Below are positions 8,506 through 17,168 of a stretch of DNA of 64,000 bases, one piece after another. The first letter of the stretch is position 1, and each line of letters starts with the position of its first letter. Both the position numbers and the translations under genes were made by a program. Below the pieces are notes generated by a model. It did no database searches, was not told the DNA's origin, and worked only from the letters and a program-made list of their open reading frames with translations. Origin of the DNA: a virus; the IMG/VR virus record IMGVR_UViG_3300037264_003220, positions 1 to 64,000 of that record. One strand, given 5' to 3'.

Positions 8506-8721
8506 CTAACTTATTCCCACATATCCGGCAATAGTCGCGTCTAGCGTCTTGGCTCCTCCATTATGAACCTCGCAAGCCTGTTTGATTTTCCGATGCAAAA
8601 ACACCTCCACGGCATAGAGAAAGCTTCGCCCTACCCGCTTGCCATTGGCTTTGGCGATGGCTTTGACCATCTTTTTATTGATGATGCTCTTATGAACAAT
8701 GCGTGTCTTTTTCTCAATCAT
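8506..8721 (-). CDS. Histone-fold protein (bacterial/phage alpha3-truncated histone-like)
   Basis: SIINKKMVKAIAKANGKRVGRSFLYAVEVFLHRKIKQACEVHNGGAKTL: short helix, G-K-R-V loop 1, long amphipathic helix, G-x-KTL loop 2; basic; AGGAGG RBS. Confidence 0.72.
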   Translation of the reverse strand: MIEKKTRIVHKSIINKKMVKAIAKANGKRVGRSFLYAVEVFLHRKIKQACEVHNGGAKTLDATIAGYVGIS

Positions 8722-8741
8722 GACGTTCCTCCTTATTATTA

Positions 8742-9314
8742 CTATGCCCTTTCTGAAATACGAGCAGTGCCATCCTTGCGCCACTTCTTGATGCCCAAAA
8801 ACTTCCTCGCGCAGTCCTGACCAATATACATAGCATGAACCTGTCCATTGGCGTCTTTGCCATGCACAGGCACAAATCCACTCGCTTTGATGTGCTTTTG
8901 ACACAGCCCGCAATGGTTATTGACCCCGCCAAATCTTGAATCAAATTTTGTCCCTGCTTCCCATTGAGGGTAGCCAATCCAAACCTTCATAGGCTTCCAA
9001 GTCACGACTTCGCCAGTCCCATACCCTCTGCGGTTCGTGGGGCATGTTGGACATTTACCATATGGTAAAGACATGATTTGTTTTTGTCTATCATTCCAAT
9101 CGTAATAATTTTTAGAGCTAGAAATTTTATTGATAGCCAGAGAGCCATCTTGCTCAAAGTGAGCTTCACCAATCCCATAGCAAGTTGGGCATTGTTTTTT
9201 TACAGGCATGTCGCGCATTTCTTGAACCCATTTGATTTCAACCAAGCCCCAATCGTCCGGCTTAGTTCCCATGAGTTCAAGCGTCTTCAATCCTTTTTCA
9301 CTATGTTTGTCCAT
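8742..9314 (-). CDS. DnaJ-type Zn-finger protein with second Zn ribbon
   Basis: CPTCYGIG, CPTC...GYGTG, CGLC...IGQDC. Confidence 0.7.
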   Translation of the reverse strand: MDKHSEKGLKTLELMGTKPDDWGLVEIKWVQEMRDMPVKKQCPTCYGIGEAHFEQDGSLAINKISSSKNYYDWNDRQKQIMSLPYGKCPTCPTNRRGYGTGEVVTWKPMKVWIGYPQWEAGTKFDSRFGGVNNHCGLCQKHIKASGFVPVHGKDANGQVHAMYIGQDCARKFLGIKKWRKDGTARISERA

Positions 9315-9333
9315 ATTGGTTTCCTCTTACTAT

Positions 9334-9364
9334 AGAATACGATTGAGATGTCCAAAGCATAAAT
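9334..9364 (-). promoter_or_regulatory. Phage promoter motif copy 2 (TTATGC-N17-TATTCT)
   Basis: ATTTATGctttggacatcTCAATCGTATTCT upstream of 8742-9314. Confidence 0.75.
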
Positions 9365-9399
9365 TATTTTTGCATCTATAAATATGAGCATTTTTGATG

Positions 9400-9429
9400 T
9401 TGCAAAAATAGCCACAAATGCGGTAAGAT
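9400..9429 (+). promoter_or_regulatory. Putative sigma70-like promoter for helicase operon
   Basis: TTGCAA-N18-TAAGAT. Confidence 0.4.
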
Positions 9430-11122
9430 GGACAACTCCATGAACATGAAAGCTGAAATTTTGCCGCGAGACCAATTCTCTTTTTTTATTAGATTCCAAT
9501 ACGACATGGCTTTGATTGAACTCGTCAGGAGCATTCCTGGATGCTCTTGGGACAAGAAATCAAAATGTTGGATAGGGCGCTATATTTTTTACGATATGGT
9601 CACAGGCGCTCTATTAAAAAAGGGAGTCGAAATTATTGAACGCCCACAAGCCAACCAAGCTCTAAAGGCATTCCACGCCTTTCAGGGCGAACTTGAAAAT
9701 ACGAAAAAACTCGACGGTAACGATTGCTTCATGCTCACCAAAATTAAACTTGACCCGCATCAATGTGTCGGTTCAGCCTTCCTTGCTATCGGTGAAAGAG
9801 TTTTACTTGCTGATGCTGTTGGTCTCCAAAAAACAGCCACTGCCATTAATGCTTGCTTGATTCTCAAGAATCTCCGTGATGTTAAAAAAGTCTTATATGT
9901 CACATTGAACACTTTAAAATTCCAAGTTCAAGAAGAAATTCACAAATTCACAGACGAGCGGGCGCTGGTGATTGACGGCAGTAAAGATGAGAGAGCGGCG
10001 ACATTTGAGCAATGGGAAGCTGGGAATACCATGTTTCTCATAGTCAATTATGAAGCCATCCATTCCTATTTTGAATTATTCGGTCGAGCCAGACCAGAAA
10101 TCATTATCGCTGATGAAGTCAGCCGCGCCAAAAATTGGCAATCCAAAACCTCTAAAGCCTTACGCAAAATTCCGTCTCGATATTTTTGGGCTATGGGCGC
10201 CACGCCACTGGAAAATAATTTCGATGAAGTGTTCAGTATTTTGAAAATCGTCAATCCTGAGCTTCTTGGCAACCGAACAAACTTCATTAATTTTTACGCA
10301 AAAATAGGATTTTTCGGCGAAATCAAGGGATGGCACACGGATAGAATAAAAGATTTTGCCAATCGCATTCAACCTTATATGCTTCAGCGCACCAATGAAG
10401 ACATTGGGCGGACATTGCCAAACACGAATGTTCTGCATCATTGGATGGAGTTATCTCAAGACCAGCGCAGGGTTTATGAAGATTTGAAAGTCAAATCAAA
10501 ACAAACCATTACCGTCGGTGATACGACATATAGCCAAATGATTTCCGTGTTGGTTAAACTTAGAGAGGCGTGCGACTTCGCAGACCTTGGCGACGCAAAC
10601 GCGAGCGGCGCCAGCACCAAGCTCGAAGAATTAATGCGAATCATCAAGGAATCTAAACACGATGATAAAATAATTGTATTCACGCAATGGTTGCAGGCTG
10701 CTAACAGAATAAGCGACCGCCTCACGAGAGATAAGATAAGCCATGTTTTGATTTCCGGCAAAGTTAAAGGAGCGGAACGCCATGACACTCTCAACCATTT
10801 CAAAAAAATGCCTTCCTTAAAAGTCCTTGTTACCACGGATTGCTTGGCTTGGGGTATCAATTTACAGGAATGCAACAAAATGGTTATTTTCGACTTGCTT
10901 TACACGCCGTCTAAAATGACCCAGCGCGTTGGTCGTATACGACGTTATGGACAAAAGCGCGAAATGACTGTTCACACGCTTCTTTGCAAGAACACGGTCG
11001 AAGAAAAAATGCTCGATATCTTGTCTCGCAAACAAGGATATTCAGAAATGCTGTTCGACCCTATGGCAAAAAATGTTAAATTATCAGCCAGTGATTTAAA
11101 GAAAATAATATTGAGCGCATAG
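9428..11122 (+). CDS. SNF2-family DNA helicase/ATPase with N-terminal HARP-like domain
   Basis: LADAVGLQKT (I), IADEVS (II), GATP.EN (III), KIIVFTQW (IV), GINLQ (V), QRVGRIRRYGQ (VI); N-terminal F.Y...LIELVRSIPG..WD...K.W. Confidence 0.9.
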   Translation: MDNSMNMKAEILPRDQFSFFIRFQYDMALIELVRSIPGCSWDKKSKCWIGRYIFYDMVTGALLKKGVEIIERPQANQALKAFHAFQGELENTKKLDGNDCFMLTKIKLDPHQCVGSAFLAIGERVLLADAVGLQKTATAINACLILKNLRDVKKVLYVTLNTLKFQVQEEIHKFTDERALVIDGSKDERAATFEQWEAGNTMFLIVNYEAIHSYFELFGRARPEIIIADEVSRAKNWQSKTSKALRKIPSRYFWAMGATPLENNFDEVFSILKIVNPELLGNRTNFINFYAKIGFFGEIKGWHTDRIKDFANRIQPYMLQRTNEDIGRTLPNTNVLHHWMELSQDQRRVYEDLKVKSKQTITVGDTTYSQMISVLVKLREACDFADLGDANASGASTKLEELMRIIKESKHDDKIIVFTQWLQAANRISDRLTRDKISHVLISGKVKGAERHDTLNHFKKMPSLKVLVTTDCLAWGINLQECNKMVIFDLLYTPSKMTQRVGRIRRYGQKREMTVHTLLCKNTVEEKMLDILSRKQGYSEMLFDPMAKNVKLSASDLKKIILSA

Positions 11123-11132
11123 GAGATGGAGC

Positions 11133-11342
11133 ATGAAATTATCATATGAAAGAACATTGAGTGATAAAAACTCAATGGGGCGTATCGACACTCGACGATT
11201 CAAAAGTGAAGTCGAAATTGATACTTTTGACGTTGACGAAATTATTAAACAAAAACGCATGAAACAAGCCGTGAAAGACCTTCACATAGCCGAGGCAATT
11301 ATGCTGGACACAATCGTTCTTCAAGATGAGGATGGAAAATAA
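11133..11342 (+). CDS. Small hypothetical protein
   Basis: 69 aa, GGAG RBS, TAATG coupling. Confidence 0.6.
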   Translation: MKLSYERTLSDKNSMGRIDTRRFKSEVEIDTFDVDEIIKQKRMKQAVKDLHIAEAIMLDTIVLQDEDGK

Positions 11343-12151
11343 TGGGCGGGCTAGAAGAAGCTTTAGAAATAGAAAAATCAAAGCTCAAACGCAAATGTCC
11401 TCAATGTTCCAAATACGCAGAACTCTTAACTGAGTGCAAGCGCAAATGCCGCGAAATTTACAAGCTCTACATCAAATATGCCTTTGCGAATATCCCGCGC
11501 GAACTGTGGGCGCTTGAATTGGAAGACTTCGACATCAAAGTGCCATACATTAAAGCAGACGAAATAGCTCAACGTAAAAAAACACTCGAAGACGTTCGTT
11601 ATTACATCAAAAATTTTCAAAATGCCTATGAAAATGGTCTAGGCTTGATTATTTACGGAACCCACGGTTCCGGCAAATCCATGCTGACCGCCTGCGTACT
11701 TAAAGAAGCAATATTCCAGGGTAAAAAAGTTCTCATGAGAGATTTTAATGACATCCTGAGTTACATCCGCAAAAACGATAAATTTGCTTCAAATGAATTA
11801 AATATCGAAAAAGAATTTGAAGAAATGGACGTTTATTGTATTGAGAATTTCGGCGTCAATCAGTTTTTAATCAGACCTGACATTAACGCCAAGGAAGATA
11901 AATTCATGCGCGGCCCGAATTACATCACGCGCGAAATTTCCAGATTACTTGATAAGCGCCGCCGCTTCATGTCTCCCACCATCATCACCACTTATTACGA
12001 CATTGACGCTTTAAAAGATGCTCAAGATGAAGAAGGACGCCAGCTCTTAAGCGTCTTCTTCGGCAACTCTCAACGTCTGAATGTCCCTGGCTCGGATTAT
12101 CGAAAACATGTGCTCCAGCCCAACATCAAGCAACGACTCGCCAACTCCTGA
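11342..12151 (+). CDS. DnaC/IstB-like AAA+ ATPase (helicase loader)
   Basis: N-terminal CxxC...C..C, GLIIYGTHGSGKS Walker A, R...PTIITT, V.G.DYR. Confidence 0.85.
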   Translation: MGGLEEALEIEKSKLKRKCPQCSKYAELLTECKRKCREIYKLYIKYAFANIPRELWALELEDFDIKVPYIKADEIAQRKKTLEDVRYYIKNFQNAYENGLGLIIYGTHGSGKSMLTACVLKEAIFQGKKVLMRDFNDILSYIRKNDKFASNELNIEKEFEEMDVYCIENFGVNQFLIRPDINAKEDKFMRGPNYITREISRLLDKRRRFMSPTIITTYYDIDALKDAQDEEGRQLLSVFFGNSQRLNVPGSDYRKHVLQPNIKQRLANS

Positions 12152-12602
12152 CAATCCTCTCATTTGGAAGCCAGTGCCAGGGTTCCCCTATTATCTGGTC
12201 AGCGAGAATGGAATTTTAATAACTATCCCGCGTCAGTTAAGTAAGCACAAAACGCAAATTGTTTGTCCACATATAGGAGTGGATGGCGGATTTTATTACA
12301 GGTTATGGTCTCATAACAAAAGAACGCTTTTTTCAGCCCAATCTCTTGTCGCCAGAGCATTTTTAAAGCCATTTGATGTCCTGTCTCGCTTAGAGGCTCA
12401 AATAATAGATGAGTCCAAGCCACTCCACGCCGATAATTTGAGATACGTGTATCTTCAAAATCCACGAAGGAGACGACGAATCAGGGAAGGGTGGGCACAA
12501 TTACGGGCACGACGAAGAAGCGCGGGTTGGAAATTACCATCGAAACGTCAAAAACAAGCCCCACACGCGCCGCCCATCGACAATCTTGGTCACGGACACT
12601 GA
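12081..12602 (+). CDS. NUMOD4-motif protein (degenerate HNH endonuclease)
   Basis: IWKPVPGFPYYLVSENG NUMOD4 motif; LVARAF...H..NL with eroded HNH residues. Confidence 0.7.
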   Translation: MSLARIIENMCSSPTSSNDSPTPDNPLIWKPVPGFPYYLVSENGILITIPRQLSKHKTQIVCPHIGVDGGFYYRLWSHNKRTLFSAQSLVARAFLKPFDVLSRLEAQIIDESKPLHADNLRYVYLQNPRRRRRIREGWAQLRARRRSAGWKLPSKRQKQAPHAPPIDNLGHGH

Positions 12603-12714
12603 CGGCAGGCGGTTGATAAGTTTTAAAGCCCGATTTGCGAGAGCAAGAATCTTATTGTTCATTTTACAATGAACATTCGGCAAGAGTGAACATTCTTGCT
12701 CTCGCGCGGGTTCG

Positions 12715-13170
12715 TTAATTTTTGGGCTGTTCTGGAAGCACATTGGTCGGCTGCTGACCGCCAAGGTTTTGCGCAAGCGCCATAATAACGGCAATGGCAG
12801 CCAAAGAAGCTTTCACCCAATTCGGGTCGATGCCTCCGGCTTGCAAAGACAGCAAGGAAGCGCTTGCAATCGCCAAAATACCAGACCAGAGCCGCGTGGA
12901 AATGAACAGCGGCGCCGTCCCCACCATATCGGCATTTTTGATGGCTCGCAGCACCTGGTAAACAAAGGTAATGGCTACAGTGACCATTAAGGCTGTCGTG
13001 GCAGGCAAAAATCCGCCCGCATACGTGCCCAAAGTCGCAAGCGTAGCGAATACGGAAATCCACCATGTTAGCGTCTTCCACCCCGTCTTGAGTTGCTTCA
13101 TCTGCCCAACCAATTCAATGGCTGGCTTTCTGACAGCAAACAAGAGCTTGATTTTGTCAACAATTCCCAT
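12715..13170 (-). CDS. Holin-like membrane protein (4 TM, internal duplication)
   Basis: Four hydrophobic segments in two similar halves; two genes downstream of the endolysin. Confidence 0.7.
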   Translation of the reverse strand: MGIVDKIKLLFAVRKPAIELVGQMKQLKTGWKTLTWWISVFATLATLGTYAGGFLPATTALMVTVAITFVYQVLRAIKNADMVGTAPLFISTRLWSGILAIASASLLSLQAGGIDPNWVKASLAAIAVIMALAQNLGGQQPTNVLPEQPKN

Positions 13171-13486
13171 AATTTCTCCTTTTTTTCATGACTGAATATA
13201 AAATACGAATTCCTTGAATAAGGCTGTTCCGGCGGAAGCGAACCTGCATAGCCGGACACTCAATTTCATTAACTTTTGATGGAGGGATACCGCGTTTTTT
13301 GGCAATTTCAACAGCCGTCATCCACATATATTTCAATTCAGTGTTGGATAAACTGTCAGATGTTTGAATCTCAAATACCAGCCTATCCCAGTGCTCAATG
13401 TCGAGCAAAATCACTTTTGGTTTGGCTCGCTCCGGCAAACTTCTTAACTCATCTTCGATGAGCGAGGCAACGAGCACCTCTCGCAT
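13157..13486 (-). CDS. Hypothetical protein
   Basis: 109-aa ORF in lysis cassette. Confidence 0.6.
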   Translation of the reverse strand: MREVLVASLIEDELRSLPERAKPKVILLDIEHWDRLVFEIQTSDSLSNTELKYMWMTAVEIAKKRGIPPSKVNEIECPAMQVRFRRNSLIQGIRILYSVMKKRRNYGNC

Positions 13487-13487
13487 G

Positions 13488-14270
13488 TTAAACCAGAACA
13501 GAGTCTATTTTAGTCTTCAAGTCGGCTTTGGCTGTAAGAATGGAACAAAGACTCGTCAGCTCTCCGGCGTACTTAGGGTTGGTCGCCCATTGATACTTGC
13601 CGCCAGTAAGCCAAAAAAAGTATTTATCTGGCACGTTCCGCCAGCTATATGATTGAGGGTACATCCTTTGAATTTTATCGCAATAGAAAATAAGAGCTTC
13701 TTCAGTCGAGTCCCAATCAATAAATTCTCTCGTGGTTGACAAGCGGACATAGCAATACCCTGGCTTGGAAGGATTAACAGGCTGCACTTCAAAATCATGG
13801 GCGCCAGGGAACTGCCTCTTGGCATATGCGATTGCCTTGGCATTGAGGTCTTTGTCGTTTGGGTCAGGGATGACGTATTTCACGAATTCATGCGTTGGGA
13901 TATGCAAAATTTTGCCTCCCCAATTGTTTGGCATGGTGATGCCGAAGAAATTGTTGTTGCCAATGATGTGTTCAAAGCCGCCAGATTCATTCCAGGCATG
14001 AGTCAAAACAGCGTAAAAATCAAACCCACGGCTCTTAAGGATGCCCGCTGACTTGATAAAGCGGTCGAGCGGCGAGCTGTTCAACGGCGCTGGGGTGGCT
14101 GGTTTGACGGCAGGGGGAGCCTTAACTGGCTCTATGTTCGGCGCAACTGGAATCGCCTGAACTTGAGGGGCGATGGGAGGGATTGGAGAAGATGGCAGCG
14201 GCGCCAAGGGAGGCGGAGCCTTGAGCAACCATCCCGTCATTATTCGCCATATATTCGTCAGGAGTCCCAT
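13488..14270 (-). CDS. Endolysin, GH73/FlgJ-type glucosaminidase-muramidase
   Basis: A..ES.G, NNFFGI, T.E hairpin, F....S..E, WATNPKY motif; Pro-rich N-terminal linker. Confidence 0.85.
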   Translation of the reverse strand: MGLLTNIWRIMTGWLLKAPPPLAPLPSSPIPPIAPQVQAIPVAPNIEPVKAPPAVKPATPAPLNSSPLDRFIKSAGILKSRGFDFYAVLTHAWNESGGFEHIIGNNNFFGITMPNNWGGKILHIPTHEFVKYVIPDPNDKDLNAKAIAYAKRQFPGAHDFEVQPVNPSKPGYCYVRLSTTREFIDWDSTEEALIFYCDKIQRMYPQSYSWRNVPDKYFFWLTGGKYQWATNPKYAGELTSLCSILTAKADLKTKIDSVLV

Positions 14271-14335
14271 AATAAATTGTTTTTACAAAACTGCACTGGC
14301 ACGACAAATCATAACCGCCAAGGGAACACGGCCAC

Positions 14336-14818
14336 TCAACTTTGACCAGCCTCGTCCGGCAATTTGGGCACAACATCAATTATCTCGCCACCCATAGGCG
14401 CTTTTTCGCCAGCGGCATGATTCTTGAGTTCTTGTTCAATTTGGCTGACCTTGTTCGCATCAATAAGCCCTTGAGTAATCGACGGAGCCGTTGCTTGAAC
14501 CAACATTCTTTTGACTGAGTTTTGCATCGCCTTCTCTGCCGCTTCAGGAGGCGAAATATCTATTAAAGTGTTGCGCACTTCCTGTATGGCGACGCCTGTT
14601 TGCATGGTTCGTTGAGATACCTCAATGGCTCCAATAAGAAGCCATGGTATGACACAATCGCCCTTATCAAATTCTTCATTGGTCTGCGGGTTCTTTCCTC
14701 TGACGTGCCGCCACCATTGGCATTTCCCGCGCTCAGCCGTTCTTTCGTCTTCCCCGAAATCCTTACGCCAGCCGTCAAGACACGGCATCCCGTTAATCGG
14801 GCAATGTAAATGAGCCAT
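14336..14818 (-). CDS. Cys-rich hypothetical protein (fibre-adjacent)
   Basis: CP....C...CQWW.HVRG.NP.T.EE.D..DC; AGGAG RBS. Confidence 0.7.
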   Translation of the reverse strand: MAHLHCPINGMPCLDGWRKDFGEDERTAERGKCQWWRHVRGKNPQTNEEFDKGDCVIPWLLIGAIEVSQRTMQTGVAIQEVRNTLIDISPPEAAEKAMQNSVKRMLVQATAPSITQGLIDANKVSQIEQELKNHAAGEKAPMGGEIIDVVPKLPDEAGQS

Positions 14819-14841
14819 GATAATCTCCTATGTTCTGTTTT

Positions 14842-16266
14842 TCAGTTTTTCTGTGCAACAATAACGTCTAAATATTGAAAAGTGAATGTTCCCAGGATGC
14901 TGTCTGTCCCAGGAGCTTGAGAACTTGTGCCAGGCGCTTGAGAATCAGTCGCTGGGGTCGCATTGCCTGTGGCTGCGCCATGGGTATGGCTTCCTTGCGT
15001 ATCAGTTCCTGTGGACGCTTGAACGCTTGTGCTGCCGCCAGCGTAACTTCCCGTATTGATTGCATTGGATAGGAAATATTGGAAAGGCTGTGATAAAACC
15101 CCAAGTGGCGAACCGCCACCAAAAATCATGACATTTGTACCTGTGGCAACAATGTCCCCTGAATATCCCCATGGCGGTGATGGATTCCCAGCAACAACGT
15201 GGGTGTCCGACCCAGCAACATTAGCTCTTAAAACATGAGTTGCGTGCTTGTGGTCAATGGCTGATTGAGTAATGGGATGCGTATGGCTATTGATGGTGTG
15301 GCTATGAGACCCGTCAGCGCTGATTCCGTGAGAGTGACTATTGACCGTATGAGCATGACTGTTGACCGTGTGCGAGTGAGAATTAACGGTATGGCTGTGA
15401 GACAGGGCGAAGCCAGCTGACAAGGCAGACGACCCACCTGTGCCTCCACCCGCGCCATTGACGACGCGCAAGGCTCTATCGTTCATGGAAACAACTTGAG
15501 TCCATCCAGAAGGAGGCGCCGCCATGTAAAACACTTGGACAGTGCCTGTCTGGTTGAACCCTATACCAGACCCAGCGTAAGACGCTGAATTGATTCTGTC
15601 TTGATTGATTGAGCCTGCTTTAATGCGAGTTCCGTCAATATTGAAGTCCGTAAAGCGCTGGCGGTAAGGAACTGGGAAGTCTCCAACAACAAGCATGGAA
15701 CTTCCAATGAAATAAGTTCCAGTTTGAAGGTCGGTTTGCGTGGAATAAAACACTAAAATATTGAGCGTGGTCGCGCTGGCGCTCATAACCTTGGTAATGT
15801 TTAAGGTTTGGTAAGAAGCTCCGCCAGGGTGATATCCACTGTACGACACAGAAATTCCATCATCAATGCCGACACGAACGACATTGGCAAGAGAGCTATA
15901 AACGCGAACGGACAAGGAAACGGTTTGCCCTTTATAATTTAAAGGGTTTATGACGGCCTGAGAAATAGACAGAGCGCCGGAACCAACGCCAATATTGGTG
16001 ACGACGACTTTCATGGCGTAATTGCCGACATCAACCTGGGCGCCAATATCTCCCGTAGCAGCCCTGTTGACCGTGAAAGATGGAGGAGTCGCGCCGGATT
16101 TGAATGCCAACCATGCGTCTAAGGTCGCAGACCCATTAGTTGGATTGGTGTAGAGCGTACCGCCATTCACTTGGTCGGTATCAAAGCCTCCATTTAAAAG
16201 GAGATTTTCATGAACGCCATACGCTTTGACGCTGCCCCTCGGCGATATCTCCCAAAATAATCCCAT
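14842..16266 (-). CDS. Tail fibre/receptor-binding protein (CBM-like domain, collar-like domain, HxH repeats)
   Basis: NLLLNGGFD domain; F..AAPPSGW...NDRALRVV collar; repeated SHSHT metal-binding motifs; Y.DVI.AQK end. Confidence 0.85.
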   Translation of the reverse strand: MGLFWEISPRGSVKAYGVHENLLLNGGFDTDQVNGGTLYTNPTNGSATLDAWLAFKSGATPPSFTVNRAATGDIGAQVDVGNYAMKVVVTNIGVGSGALSISQAVINPLNYKGQTVSLSVRVYSSLANVVRVGIDDGISVSYSGYHPGGASYQTLNITKVMSASATTLNILVFYSTQTDLQTGTYFIGSSMLVVGDFPVPYRQRFTDFNIDGTRIKAGSINQDRINSASYAGSGIGFNQTGTVQVFYMAAPPSGWTQVVSMNDRALRVVNGAGGGTGGSSALSAGFALSHSHTVNSHSHTVNSHAHTVNSHSHGISADGSHSHTINSHTHPITQSAIDHKHATHVLRANVAGSDTHVVAGNPSPPWGYSGDIVATGTNVMIFGGGSPLGVLSQPFQYFLSNAINTGSYAGGSTSVQASTGTDTQGSHTHGAATGNATPATDSQAPGTSSQAPGTDSILGTFTFQYLDVIVAQKN

Positions 16267-16290
16267 GACTGACTCCTTGTCTGTTTTCTT

Positions 16291-16677
16291 TTAAGATTGC
16301 TGCAAATTACAAAATTGAACGCTTTGTAAATCGCATTCATTTTGAATGATGGATGAAGCCAATTCTATTTGAGTTCCCGTTGTCGGCAATCCTCGCCCAA
16401 GAGCAATGGCTTGAACTTCTCCAAGCGTCAACGACATCATTCTGAGGTAATGCAGATATTGCGACCTTGGCCCGCCTGCCAATGGATATTGGCTCATGGT
16501 TCCGCATGTTTTGCACTCAACATTGATTTGTGAAAAATTGGTTAATCCATTAGAGTTGACGGAATATGGCAATGTCGCCACATCAATATCTTGACTGATA
16601 CCATCATTGTGCACGACATCAACTTTGTACCCACCCACATCGGTCATGTTTAAAACGTATACGGTTTGAACTGGCAT
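16291..16677 (-). CDS. Hypothetical fibre-associated protein (CxxC)
   Basis: 128 aa, AGGAGG RBS. Confidence 0.65.
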   Translation of the reverse strand: MPVQTVYVLNMTDVGGYKVDVVHNDGISQDIDVATLPYSVNSNGLTNFSQINVECKTCGTMSQYPLAGGPRSQYLHYLRMMSLTLGEVQAIALGRGLPTTGTQIELASSIIQNECDLQSVQFCNLQQS

Positions 16678-16706
16678 TTCTTTTTCCTCCTAATTATTTT
16701 CTTAAA

Positions 16707-17156
16707 TTAATAAGCAACCAAGTGCGCACTAAAATTCGTATCACCTGCGCTGCCGCCACCGACAGAAACGGTTTTGGTTCCGCCCGAAACTGCGACGGTC
16801 ACATAAGCAGTGTCGCCAGCCCCCATATCACAAAGAACAGGGAAATTAATTGATAGGCTGCCAGTGGCTGCCGCAACGCCATCAAAAATTAAATAAGTTC
16901 TAGCCGTAGTGATTAAGCTAATTTTTCTACCTGTATGAGTTACTAACAAAGCTTCCAAATAAACAGTTACGTTGAATTGATATTTCCCTGCAACAGGAGC
17001 GGTAAATGTGTACGTTGAAATATTGTAATTATTCGCAATATCAAAACGCTCTGTGGCGAATGGAACCGTGACGATAGTCCCGTCGCCAGTTGCATTGGTC
17101 GTCTGCCCGACATAACTGGCTAAAAAAGCGACTGATTCAATATTTGTTCGTGACAT
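16707..17156 (-). CDS. C1q/TNF-like domain protein
   Basis: AF.A...V.F....FD...NYN..T..FTAPVAG.YQF...GD...V...FS.HL. Confidence 0.85.
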   Translation of the reverse strand: MSRTNIESVAFLASYVGQTTNATGDGTIVTVPFATERFDIANNYNISTYTFTAPVAGKYQFNVTVYLEALLVTHTGRKISLITTARTYLIFDGVAAATGSLSINFPVLCDMGAGDTAYVTVAVSGGTKTVSVGGGSAGDTNFSAHLVAY

Positions 17157-17168
17157 AAAAACACCTTT

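Noticed and set aside
11342-12151. IS21 element (IstB)
   Set aside because: No IstA transposase or terminal inverted repeats; context fits a phage helicase loader
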